The translations under genes and the position numbers were made by a program. Of a stretch of 64,000 nucleotides of DNA, positions 12,851 through 24,360 are shown piece by piece. The notes under the pieces are model-generated. The model was not told the DNA's origin. It did no database searches and saw only the letters and a program-made list of their open reading frames with translations. Every line of letters begins with the position of its first letter. Position 1 is the first letter of the stretch. Source of the stretch: Sminthopsis crassicaudata (lineage: Eukaryota); assembly GCF_048593235.1 (NCBI RefSeq), contig NC_133617.1:365246067-365310066 (forward strand), written 5' to 3'.

Positions 12851-13130
12851 CTGGGGAAAACCCCAGCATATAAATTCTGTTTAAATCCCTTGTGCCTTTC
12901 CAATGTGGTTTGGAAACATTTACGCATCCCAGATAGGTATGTAAATTGGGGAATTACATCACATTACACACAGATGTAAACTTCATCAGCTTTGGGGCCG
13001 CCCTCAATTTTCCCCTTTCCACAAGGGAGTGTTGCCAAGGAACTTCTGACAAGCAAAGAGGGCCATGGGCCTTAAAGGGGAAATGCCGCTCCCTCTCCTG
13101 CTTCCCTTTGCCAACAAATTAGACGAGAGC
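12851..13130 (+). promoter_or_regulatory. Candidate regulatory element: kB-like sites, TATA-like box, GC box, splice donor
   Basis: GGGGAAAACCCC 12853-12864; CATATAAA 12867-12874; ATAG|gtatgt 12937; further GGGGAA motifs at 12948, 13006-13015 (rev), 13077; retained CpGs; non-repetitive. Confidence 0.3.
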
Positions 13131-13479
13131 CATATGTAGGCACTATGTTCAGTTCCAGCCCATTTCAGATGTCAGCATCTCAGATGCCAATGAGGTTAGC
13201 TAGCCCATTTCCCGATAGCCAGTGGCTTCTGAAATATAATATCATAGTAATGAGGTACCACACCAAAATGTAAAAGGAAAAAATTAAGATTGCAATTATA
13301 AATATAGATAGTGTTAACAGCAAAATGAGTGACAGATTTGGAAACAAAGGACATAGATTTAAATCATGACTTCCATTTATTTTCTTGAAAAATTTACTCA
13401 TCCCCTGTGAGTTTTATTTTTATTACAAAAAAGAGGATCTTATACTACTCTGTCTAGATCAAAAACTATGATCTTATAT

Positions 13480-13680
13480 TTCTTTTTTTTAACCAAGTCT
13501 GTGATCTCATCAGTTTAGGGACTATGTAGATGAAATTTCCTCTCTCAATGCAGATCAATTCCTTCTCTGCTCCTAATATTGTTACAGGATTTTCTGGAGT
13601 CCTACGAGATTAAGTAATCTAGGGTCATACAGCCAATAGATGTCAGAGACAGTACTGGAAATCCTGATAGGCTTCCCTCC
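13480..13680 (-). mobile_element. CORE-SINE fragment
   Basis: gattaagtaatctagggtcatacagcc...gtcagagacag = reverse CORE/head. Confidence 0.55.
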
Positions 13681-13854
13681 AACCCCAGCTCTCTATTATC
13701 TAATACTGCCTCTGATGAAGGCAAACCACTCATCAAAGCTTTCACCTCTGTTATCTCATTTGATTCTCATGACAATCTCTAAGATATTATTGTTGTCAAG
13801 TATAGATGGAGAAACTGGATCCCAGGGAAATGAAGTGTTTTCTCAAAGTTAAGG

Positions 13855-14100
13855 GTAGCAAGGTAGTAAGTAGACAGAGCACCTAGCCTAGAGTCAGGAA
13901 AACTCATATTTCTGAATCCAAATCTGGCTTCAGGCATTTAGGAGTTGTGTTACTCTGGGCAAATCACTTAACTGTATTTACCTCAATTTCCTCATCTGTC
14001 ATATGAATGGAAGGAAATGGCAAACCATTCCACTATCTTTGCTAAGAAAACCCCAAATGGAATTGCAAAGTCAGACATGACTAAAAATGATAACAACAAA
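13855..14100 (+). mobile_element. MAR1-like SINE
   Basis: Head, CORE and tail ggaaatggcaaaccattccactatctttgctaagaaaacccc...aacaacaaaa. Confidence 0.85.
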
Positions 14101-14119
14101 ATATATCAAGATGATATAG

Positions 14120-14300
14120 GGGAGAGGTGGCTGAAGTTGGAGTCACAAAGTCTTGAGTTCAATCCTTTCTCAGACATTTTCAAACTGCATGTAAGTCTGC
14201 CTTGTTTTCATTATTTATAAAATGAGATTAACAATAACACCTATTTCCTGAGGATTGAAAAGGACTTTAAGCACTTTGCAAATATAAATGCTATTGTTAT
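14120..14300 (+). mobile_element. MIR SINE
   Basis: gagttcaatcc...tataaaatgagattaacaataac...aatataaatgctattgttatt. Confidence 0.7.
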
Positions 14301-14419
14301 TGTTATTATTGTTAAAAACTAATTACTGCAACCTCAACTTTATGGTTTCCTAATGTGTTGATGAAGTAAGATTAATTTCCGAATTTAAAAAAAGAAAAAG
14401 AAAAAAATCCTCCTGAGGA

Positions 14420-14880
14420 AGTTGAAGTCCTCTACCTAGAATTCAGGATCTTTCACAATTTGCTGTTACATGGCATTCTACTCTGACTTGATAGATTCTA
14501 TTTTATATATTTTACTCTCTAGCTAAAGTGAACTACTCTAATTCTACTAAACATGGTCCACACTTATATGAAATGTTCTCCATCCTTCATTGAGTTTTTA
14601 CCCTTTCTTTGAAATCTGGCTCAAAACTATGCCCATTACACATCTATCCCTGACATTCATTGTTGGTATTCATCCCCCTTTCAGACATTACATAGTGCTT
14701 TATAGATTTTTGATTACTTATCATATAATATGTTATATCATAATCATCTGTCCTTATATCTTTTACCCATTTAGGCTTAAAGATCCATGATGTCAGCACA
14801 GTAACCTTTGGATCTCTGTCAATAATGTGGTGCTCTATATAACATAATGTAAGCTTAATATAAATGTTTCTTGAGTGAAT
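14420..14880 (+). mobile_element. L2 3' fragment
   Basis: L2-like tail ending aatataaatgtttcttgagtgaat. Confidence 0.55.
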
Positions 14881-15083
14881 ATATGTATACAATCTCTCTT
14901 GTTCTGCCTAGCCCTCACCTCACTTTTCTTCCTCCCACTTTACAGAGCAGCACTTTTTGGTCTAACTCCAGACCTGAAAGGAAGGTATGCAACAAAAAAT
15001 AAGATATCACAGCTTCAGATTCAAGGTCATAAGGTCAGAGAGATGAGAAGATGAAAAAGCAACAGGCTAGCTTTTGTCACGGG

Positions 15084-15156
15084 CCTTTTTATATAAGGTC
15101 ACCCCGATGCTGGGGGATGAGTTAATCATGGTGAATACTCAAAAGTCCATGTGAGT
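15084..15156 (+). promoter_or_regulatory. Candidate TATA box plus short first exon with GTGAGT donor
   Basis: TATATAAG 15090-15097, AGGTCA half-site, GTTAATCAT, CAT|gtgagt at 15151. Confidence 0.2.
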
Positions 15157-15709
15157 GATAACAATTGAACAGAAAAGCATTGGTCTTGGACAGTTTCTGT
15201 CATGACTGCAAATGGCCCCAAGTCACAAATTCTTCAATTTTCCTTAAAAGATTGACCTTACTAGATATGTAAGTTGAACTTCAGTTGCAAACCAGGGTGT
15301 ATAGTCTACATTTATTTGTCTAATTGAAGAAAAAGGTTTGTATAGACCAAATTTAAACTTCAGCCATTTGCAACAAACAACATTTTTGCCACCTGCCTTC
15401 CTTTGTATGGCAATTCTGAGTACCTCAGCTTTTGATCCCTTTATCCACTGCAATCAAAACAATACTATGATAGCTTCTGGAAAAATGTATTTTAATTTTC
15501 TCCCTTAATTTACCATTTCTGAGACTGGAATAAAATACCTTTACTTGGTATATGGTGACTCCTTATTAGAAGGTAGGGTCTTGAGAACAAAGACTGTTGC
15601 CTTTCTATTTGTATCCCCAGTGTTTAGCACAATGGTTAACAAATAGCAAGCACCTATTGCTTCTCTTTCATAAGCAAACTTGTGCATTTTCTAGAAAGCC
15701 TATACGTCC

Positions 15710-16055
15710 CTCCTTGAACACAAGAAAAGTGAAATATGCTATATACAAAGTATTGGCAATGTGATGGGATGACCACTTATAAGTGACTTTGCTGTTCTTA
15801 GTAGTATAATCATCCACAACTACTCTGAAGGACTTAGAAATCCTATCTATACCTAGAAAAGGAACTGACTGTGACAGAATACAGTTTGAAGGATTCTCTC
15901 TTTCTTTTTCTATTTTTCTTCTTTTTAATTTAATTTTTTGAGGGTTTTTATGTCATTAGGGTAGAAGATCTATGTTTTGTTTCACATTTTCTTTTTTATG
16001 GAAATGTTCTGCATGACTAAATAAGTGGTTTCTTAATTCAAAAAATGTTAAAACA
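15710..16055 (+). mobile_element. Old L1 3' fragment
   Basis: aagtgaaatatgc...ctctgaaggactt...gaaaaggaactga... resembles L1 3' end/UTR. Confidence 0.6.
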
Positions 16056-16150
16056 CCCAGCTAGGAAGTGTTAAATGTTTAAGGTCACATTTGAACTCAG
16101 GTCCTCCTGACTTAAGGGCTGGTACTTTATCCTCACCAACTAGCTAGCCC
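16056..16150 (-). mobile_element. SINE head (WSINE1/MAR1-like)
   Basis: tttgaactcaggtcctcctgacttaagggctggtactttatcc...ctagctagccc. Confidence 0.75.
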
Positions 16151-18377
16151 ATATTTTTTTTTAAAAGAAAGAGAGCCTATGCATCATCTGGGAACTTCTT
16201 CAATCTGAGAAAAGCTATGAGAATAAATACATGAAATTTATGTTTGACTATATATTGTCATATTGTCTTTATTCTATTTGAGAGTAAAATAATATCTAAA
16301 CATGCTTTGTTTCTTCTTGTGGAAAGATGACTCTGTAATGACAAGATCCCTTGATTAAAGTTCAAAAAATACATTAAGTACAGGAAAAAGATAAAGGCTC
16401 AAGAGATAATTTTGATCAGATAAATCCATAATGATCCATACTAAATCAGTGTGGCAGTGGTGGAAAGAAGCAAAGACTGGACATACAAGATCATTTACTT
16501 TCTGGTAGTCTTTGAGACCTTGAAATTTCTCTAGCATTCATATCTATGGGATAGAGTCAAAATCTTCAGGTGGCACATGGAACCACCCATTACCTTATAT
16601 TTCTTTTTTATTAAAAAGGACTAAGAAATTGTCTATAAAGGCCTCCTAGTTATTGAAAATATCTGGGCTCACAACCATAGACTCAGTCCACTTTGAAAGT
16701 AGAATATGAAGCTTTGCAGAGTCTGCCAAATGAGCTCACATGCTACAAGTCCTAAACTAATAAATCTAAGTCAATCTTCAATTGTAACTTTTCTTTTTAA
16801 ATTAAGGAACCCTCTACTTTGAACTACCTGCATAAGAAGCAAGTACATATATGCTCTTGTCATATCCCAGGTTTTTTCTTCTTTCCTCCCATTTCCTCCC
16901 TTTCCACCAAATATTAATCAATGTGTATTCACAGAATAAAGCACACACATTTTAATATCCATGTAATGAAAGCATAAGGAAGGAAAACATGCCTTACTAG
17001 AGGTAGATTAAAATTTTAAAATCACATAGATTCCAAAGTCAAAATTCATGTTAGATTATTGCTTTTTTGGCATTACCTATGCAAGTAAACTTAATTACTG
17101 AAGTTTTCTAACATTTGACTGCTTTGTATAAACTCAAGGGTCACTTCTCAGTATTTTGTATACCCAATAATTTGGATATACATTTGATTTCAAAGATAAA
17201 TAGTAATCAAAGAAGGAAGTTCAAATCTACTGGAGATCTTTAGTTGGAAGTGGAATGACCACTTGTTAGAGATATTTTAAGATAGATTCTTAGACAAATT
17301 TGAATGCAGATAGATGACTTCTGAAGTATTTCACTGCATTGAAATTTTGTGATTCAATGAATTTTCTCTAATTAGATGAATATCTATGTTTCAAATATAA
17401 AGATATTCCAATATTAATAGTCTTAGAATGTATGATATTCCCTTATTAAAGTTTGCTTAAATTCAGGAATATAATATGCTTATATAATCTGACCATGTTC
17501 AGGATGATGTTATTGAATGAGCTTAAATGTTAAGTCCTGCTTATGGAATAACCTCATAATCTGTCAATAACTATTTATTGAGCCTCTTTGCTAAGTGATA
17601 GAAGATAGAGGTTTATAAGAAATATAAGCTACAGTTCTTATCTTTAAAAAGCTTACAGTTTATCTGAGAAGATACTACTTCTTCTACTACTACTAGAAAT
17701 ACTTAGTGCTTTTAGAAATAATTAGTGTAATTAAATGCTAAGATGTTTAGGATCAGGACTTCCAGCCAAGATGGCAGAGAGGACACACACATCTACATAA
17801 TCTCCATCTTTGCTCTCAGAATTTATTTCATGACAAGCCTCAGAATTAGTGCTTGACTGAAAAAAAACCCCACAAATAATTACCAACAGAAGACATCCTT
17901 GAAATTCACCAGAAAAGGTCTGTTTTTGCTTGAGGGTGGGGACAGATAGATCAGGCACAGGCTGAGGGCAGGCAGAAGCAGCAAGAGCATGGCAGGCAGC
18001 TCCCACTGAGCAGACTGGAGGGGGGGTGGGGGTGATCTCAGCCATTTCTTCGGAAAGAATTTTACCACAGTGTGGCTATTTTGCCTTGGCAGCAAGCCAG
18101 AAGACCAACAGAGAAGCTGTAAACACATGAGGTAAAGATTATAACCCTGAAAAGCTAGAGTCTCTTAGACCTGGCCACACACACCTGGAGTAGCTCAGCA
18201 CACTCTCAAAGACTCAGAGTCTCAGTGTGCAGCCATTGCTGTCCTGCTAGTGCCTCACTGCTGCCTGCTGCAGTCTGTAGAGGCAGCTCAGTAATACTAT
18301 CCAGCCCCCACCCCCCAAAAAAAGCAGACTGCATTTGTTTTTTTCCTAGTTTGTCTTTTTTTATCTTCTCTGACAAA

Positions 18378-18881
18378 ATGAGCAAAAATTTAAATGGACT
18401 CTATTGATAGCTTCTATATGGATAGAGAGCAGACTTTAAACCCTGAGAAGACTAAAAACAGACCATCTCCAGATGAATCCCAAAAGGGGGATATGATCTT
18501 GTCCTCAACACACAAGACTCTCATAGAAAAAATTAAAAAGGCTCTCACAAAAGAGCTAGAAGAAAAATGGGAAAAGGAAAGGGAGGCTTGGCAAGAGAGT
18601 CTGGATGAGTAATCCCACTCATTTAAAGATAGAATGGATAAAAAAAAAATCAAACCCTTGAAAAACAGAATTAGTGAACTGGAAAAAGAAAATAGCTCTC
18701 TGAAAAATAAAATTGAGAAAATGGAAAAAATTCCATAGAACAAAACAACTCACTTAAAAACTCAATTGGACAATTAGAAAAATTTTTAAAAAAGAGTGAA
18801 GAAAATAATTCATTGAAGATCAGAATCAAAAAAATATAATTGAATGATTCAAGGAGACACCACGAATCAGTCAAGCAAAAC

Positions 18882-18923
<42 letters not shown>

Positions 18924-19500
18924 AACAATGGAAAAAAGTATCAAATATCTTCTTGGGAAAACAACAGATCTGGAAAATAGAACTAGGAGAGACAATCTGA
19001 GAATTATTGGGCTCTTAGAAAAATATGATGAACAAAAGAGTCTGTATACAATTTTCCAGGAAATTGTCAAAGAGAACTGCCCAGAAGTTATAGAAAGATG
19101 GTAAAATAGAAATTGAAAGAATTCATCAATCACTTACTGAAAGGGACCCTAAAATCAAAATTCCAAGAAATATAGTGGCCAAATTCCAGAATTATCAGAT
19201 GAGGGAAAAAAATACTGCAAGCTGCTAGAAAAAAAATCAATTCAAATATAGAGGAGTCACAATAAGGATTACTCAGGATTTGGCAGTGTCCACATTAAAG
19301 GATCAAAGGGCTTGGAATATGATATTCTGAAATGTTAAGGAACTTGGTATACAGCCAAAAATAATTTACCAGCCAAAATGAGCATCTTTTTTCCAAGGAA
19401 GAAGATAGACATTCAACGAAATAAGTGAATTTCAACTATTTTTTGATGAAAAAAAAATGGAACTAAACAAAAAGTTTGATCTACAAATATAGAACTCAAG
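18378..19500 (+). pseudogene. L1 ORF1p, disrupted
   Basis: ATG 18378; coiled coil then DLENRTRRDNLRIIGL..YDEQKSLYTIFQEIVKENCPE; stops, frameshifts, internal A39. Confidence 0.9.
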
Positions 19501-19770
19501 AGAAATCTAAAAAGGTAAAAAGAAATCTTGGGAACTATATTTATGCTATAAAGAAATATAAAGAACACATGTATACTTTGTTCTAGAAACTAGAGGTGGA
19601 AAGGAAATTGTACCCAGAAAAGGGTAAAGTGGGGGTACTATATCTCACAAAGAGGCAAAGGAAACCTATTATATCTGAGAAGAAGAATGGAGGGGGATGA
19701 ACATAGAGTATATCTTACTGCCATCAAAATTGGCTTAAAGGGAAAGTATTAGACATATTCAATTCATATG

Positions 19771-21850
19771 ATTGAATTAATTAATAAAACTAAGAGTTGG
19801 TTCTATAAAAACCCAACAAAACAGACAAACCCTTAGTAAATATGATTTAAAAAAGGAAAGAGGAAAATCAAATTCTTCGTCTTAAAAATGAAAAGGGAAA
19901 ACTTGCCACTAATGAAGAGGAAATTATAGCAATAATTAGGAGTTGCTTTGTCCAACTTTATGCCAATAAATTCAATAACTTAAATAAAATAGAAGAATAC
20001 CTTCAAAAATATAGCTTGCCCAGATTATATTATTATTCAATATTGTATTAGAAATGCTAGCCTGGGCAATAAGAGTCAAGAAAGAGATTAAAGGAATTAG
20101 AATAAGTAATGAGGAAACCAAATTATCATTCTTTGCAGATGATATGATGGTATACTTAGAGAACCCCAGAGATTCTACTAAAAAGCTATTAGAAATAATT
20201 CACAACTTTAGCAAAGTTGCGGGATACAAAATAAATCTACATAAGTCATCAGCATTTTTATACTTCACTAACAAAATCCAACAGCAAGAGATACAAAGAG
20301 AAATTCCACTCAAAATAACTGTCGATCCCATAAAATATTTGGGAATCTATCTACTAAAGGAAAGTCAGGAATTATATGAGCAAAATTACAAGACATTTTC
20401 CATACAAATTAAGTCAGATTTAAATAATTGGAAAAATATTAAGTGCTCTTGGATAGGCCGAGCAAATATAATAAAGATAACAATACTCCCTAAACTAATC
20501 TATTTATTTAGTGCTATACCAATCAGACTCCCAAGAAACTATCTTAATGACCTCGAAAAAATAAAAACAAAATTCATATGAAAGAACAAAAGGTTGAGAA
20601 TTTCAAGGGAATTAAAGAAAAAAAATCAAATGAAGGTGGCCTAGCTATATCTGCTCTAAAACTATATTATAAAGCATCATTCACCAAAACCATTTGGTAT
20701 TGGCTAAGAAATAGATTAGTTGATCAGTGGAATAGATTAGGTACACAAGACAAGATAGTCAATAACTATAGCAATCTAGTGTTTGACAAACCCAAAGATC
20801 CCAACTTTTGGGATAAAAATTCATTATTTGACAAAAACTGCTGAGAAAACTAGAAATTAGTATGACAGAAATTAGGCACGGACCCATACTTAACACCATA
20901 TACCAAGATAAGATCAAAATTAGTCCATGATTTAGGCATAAACTACAAGATCATAAATAAATTAGAGGAACATAGGATAGTTTACCTCTCAGATTTGTGG
21001 AGGAGGAAGGAATTTGTGACCAAAGAAGAACTAGAGATCATTATTGATCACAAAATAGAAATTTTTGATTACATCAAATTAAAATGCCTTTGTACAAACA
21101 AAACTAATACAAACAAAATTAGAAGGGAAGCAACAAACTGGGAAAACATTTTTACAGTTAAAGGTACTGATAAAGGCCCCATTTCCAAAATATATAGAGA
21201 ATTGATTCTATAAGAAATCAAGCCATTTTCCAATGAATAAATAGCCAAAGGATATGATCAGACAATTCTCAGACAAATAAATTGAAACTATACTATTTCC
21301 ACTCATATGAAAGAGTGTTCCAAATAACTATTGATCAGAGAAATGCAAATTAAGAGAACTCTCAGATACCACTCCACACCTGTCAGATTGGCTAAGATAA
21401 CAGAAAAATATAATGATGAATGTTGGAGGGGATGTGGGAAAACTGGGACACTGATGCATTGTTGGTGGAGTTGTGAACGAATCCAAACATTCTGGAGAGC
21501 AATCTGGAATTATGCCCCCAAAGTTATGAAACTGTGCCTACCCTTTGATACACCAGTGCTGTTAGTGGGTTTATATCCCAAAGAAATAGTAAAGAAGGGA
21601 AAGGGACCTGTATGTTCCAAAATGTTTGTGGCAGCCCTTTTTGCAGTGGCTAGAAACTGGAAAATGAATGGATGCCCATCAATTGGAAAATGATTGGGTA
21701 AATTGTGGTATATGAATGTTATGGAATATTATTGTTCTATAAGAAATGATCAGCAGGATGAATACAGAGCTGAGTGAAATGAGCAGAACCAGGAAATCAT
21801 TATATACTTCAACAACAATACTGTATGAGGATGTATTCTGATGGAAATGC
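19771..21850 (+). pseudogene. L1 ORF2p remnant lacking endonuclease and N-half of RT
   Basis: Resumes at IELINKTKSWF; jumps at about 20027 to LFNIVLEML; FADDMMVYL and CWRGCGKTGTLMHCWW present (ORFs 20054-21693). Confidence 0.92.
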
Positions 21851-22329
21851 ATATCTTTGACAAAGAGAAGATCTAATTCAGCTCCAATTGATCAGTGATG
21901 GACAGAAGCAGCTACACCCAGAGAAGGAACACTGGGAAATGAGTATAAAGTGTTTTGCATTTTGGGTTTTTTTTTCCCAGGTTATTTTTACCTTCTGAAT
22001 CCAATTCTTCCTGTGCAAGAAGAGAACTGTTCAGTTCTGCACACATATATTGTATCTAGTATATACTATAACATATTTAACATGTATAAGACTGCTTGCC
22101 ATCTAGGGGAGGGGGTGGGGAGGGAAGGGAAAAATTGGAACAGAAGTGAGTGCAAGGGATAATGTTATAAAAAATTACCCATCCATATGTACTGTTAATA
22201 AAAAGTTATAATTATTTAAAAAAGATGTTTAGGATCAGCTATAAATTCAGAAGAGGAAGCATTGTGTGACCTCAATCAAAGAAAGCTTCCTAAAAGAGGT
22301 GAAAATTTAGCTGGTATTGAAAAGTGTTG

Positions 22330-22330
22330 C

Positions 22331-22401
<71 letters not shown>
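22330..22401. repeat. (AT)n(AC)n microsatellite
   Basis: Direct read. Confidence 0.95.
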
Positions 22402-22404
<3 letters not shown>

Positions 22405-22444
22405 TCCATATTTTGTCACTATCTCATCAAGGCCCTTACTATTT

Positions 22445-22626
22445 AAAAAAATTTTTAATTTATTTCATTAGATATTTCCCAATTACATTTGTAATTTTTT
22501 TAAAAATTTAGTTCTCAATTCTTTCCCTCCCTCCCATATCTTCAACATACTTTAAGGAACTGAGCAACATATCAGTTATACATGTGAAATTATACAGAGT
22601 ATATTTCCAGATTAGCTATGTTGTAA

Positions 22627-22667
<41 letters not shown>

Positions 22668-22930
22668 ATATACAAAGAAGAAGAAAAACAAAAAAAAATT
22701 TAAAAGTGTATTTCAATCAGCACTCAGATTTCATTAGTTCTCTTTCAGGATGTAGATAAATAGCATTTTTCATTATGGGTCCTTTGAAATTGTGTTGGAT
22801 CATTGTCCTGATCAAAGTAGCTAAATCTTTCATAGTTAATCATCATGACCATATTGCTACAACTGTGTACAAAGTTCTCCAGATTTTGTTTTGCATCATA
22901 TATAAGACTACCTGAGTTTTTCTGCAATCA
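22445..22930 (-). mobile_element. Old L1 3' UTR fragment with internal (CA)n
   Basis: ttcccaattacat...gttatacatgtgaa...catattgctacaactgtgtacaaagttctcc; similar to 30925 copy. Confidence 0.8.
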
Positions 22931-23545
22931 TGAAAGCCTCTACTGTTAACACACACCTGCTATACACACTAGAGCTCTGTTTATAAGATTCTTTTCATCC
23001 TCCTCTCTTATGGACATTGTCCATCTAAAGGTCACAGGGAGCCAGAGTCCAGGGTAAATTTATTCCCCAGTGAGCATTAAACACTGGCAAACAGGGTAGC
23101 TATTAAAAGTAGATGGTGTGGAACTAGACTAGAACATCCAAAACTCGATTTGCCCAGTTCCCTTTCCAGCAGCAGATGTTGGATGGAAACCATCTGTGAT
23201 CATATTTAGCCTAACCAAGCAGTCTAAAATGTGAAGAATAATCTTAGTGTCTTTCTTTCTTTCTCCCTCATATTGACAGCTATTAATGTGAGAAGGAAAG
23301 AGATAATAACAAAACTGCATTCATTAGAGAACTAATGAATCCCCATTGACGAATTTAAGCATATGCATACAAGCATACTTATATCTACAAAACCTACACA
23401 CTTTCATGGATAGGATAATAGATTTTAGTGTTGAATGAGGCCTGAGGGACTATCTAAAACAACTTCATCATTCTAAAATGAGGAAAATGAGATCCAAGGA
23501 GGTTATAAGGTCTCAGATTTGAAGAGATACTCAGGTCATTTAGTC

Positions 23546-23738
23546 TGGGGCTTCTTAAAATGTTTCCACTAATGACCCCTTTTCACCCAAGAAATTTTTA
23601 CATGGCTGAGTATATAGATATATAAAACAGGTATACAAAAAAAAAAACATTTGCTGATAATAAATCATAATTTCACAACCCCTATATTCAGTTACAAGAT
23701 CCCATATGGGGTCGTGAACCACAATTTAAGAATCTGGG
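23546..23738. mobile_element. hAT (Charlie-type) MITE, 193 bp, inside a MIR
   Basis: Perfect 8-bp TSD atttagtc (23538-23545, 23739-23746) with central TA; imperfect TIR (ggcttcttaaaat / atttaagaatc). Confidence 0.85.
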
Positions 23739-24109
23739 ATTTAGTCCAATTCCCAACTGTTGCATAATATACCATGTCACATGATTTTTAGAATTCCTTT
23801 TTTTTTTCCCACTCAATTTTTCTGTCACTTTAGCTCTAATTCACTCAATTTTAAAATATATGTATATGCATATATGCATGTATCTATCTATATGTACACA
23901 TATGTATATGTGTGTGTATATACACATAAGTAGATACTTACCTCCTAGGGGAGACTATGAGAATCCCTATCTGCTGAGTCATTAATGTATATGAAGACTT
24001 TAGGAGAATCTTTGAGACCTTTTTTTATTTTCTTTTTTGTTAAAATCATTTTATACAGCTGAATTTCTAAAATCTACACACCCCTACTTAAATTTTTCTT
24101 TTTCTAACT

Positions 24110-24222
24110 AATAGGATCATAAATTGAACATTAGAAGGGTCCTTGAAGATCATCTAATCCTATTCCCTCATTTTACAAATGAGAAAACTGAGTAGCTGAG
24201 GGGTTAAAAGACTTTCTTAAAG

Positions 24223-24267
<45 letters not shown>

Positions 24268-24315
24268 TTGAATAGCTAAGCAATATGCAAACCCAGATCC
24301 TCTGACTCTGCATCT

Positions 24316-24354
<39 letters not shown>

Positions 24355-24360
24355 CCATTT
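24110..24360 (-). mobile_element. MIR with (CA)n 24224-24262 and poly(T) 24318-24347
   Basis: cattttacaaatgagaaaactgag CORE; simple repeats read directly. Confidence 0.75.

Larger units (their letters stand above)
17757..22221 (+). mobile_element. L1 with intact 5' and 3' ends, 17-bp TSD and two internal deletions
   Basis: TSD aagatgtttaggatcag at 17740-17756 and 22222-22238; 5' end gacttccagccaagatggc; ORF1 and ORF2 remnants; A-rich tail. Confidence 0.95.
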
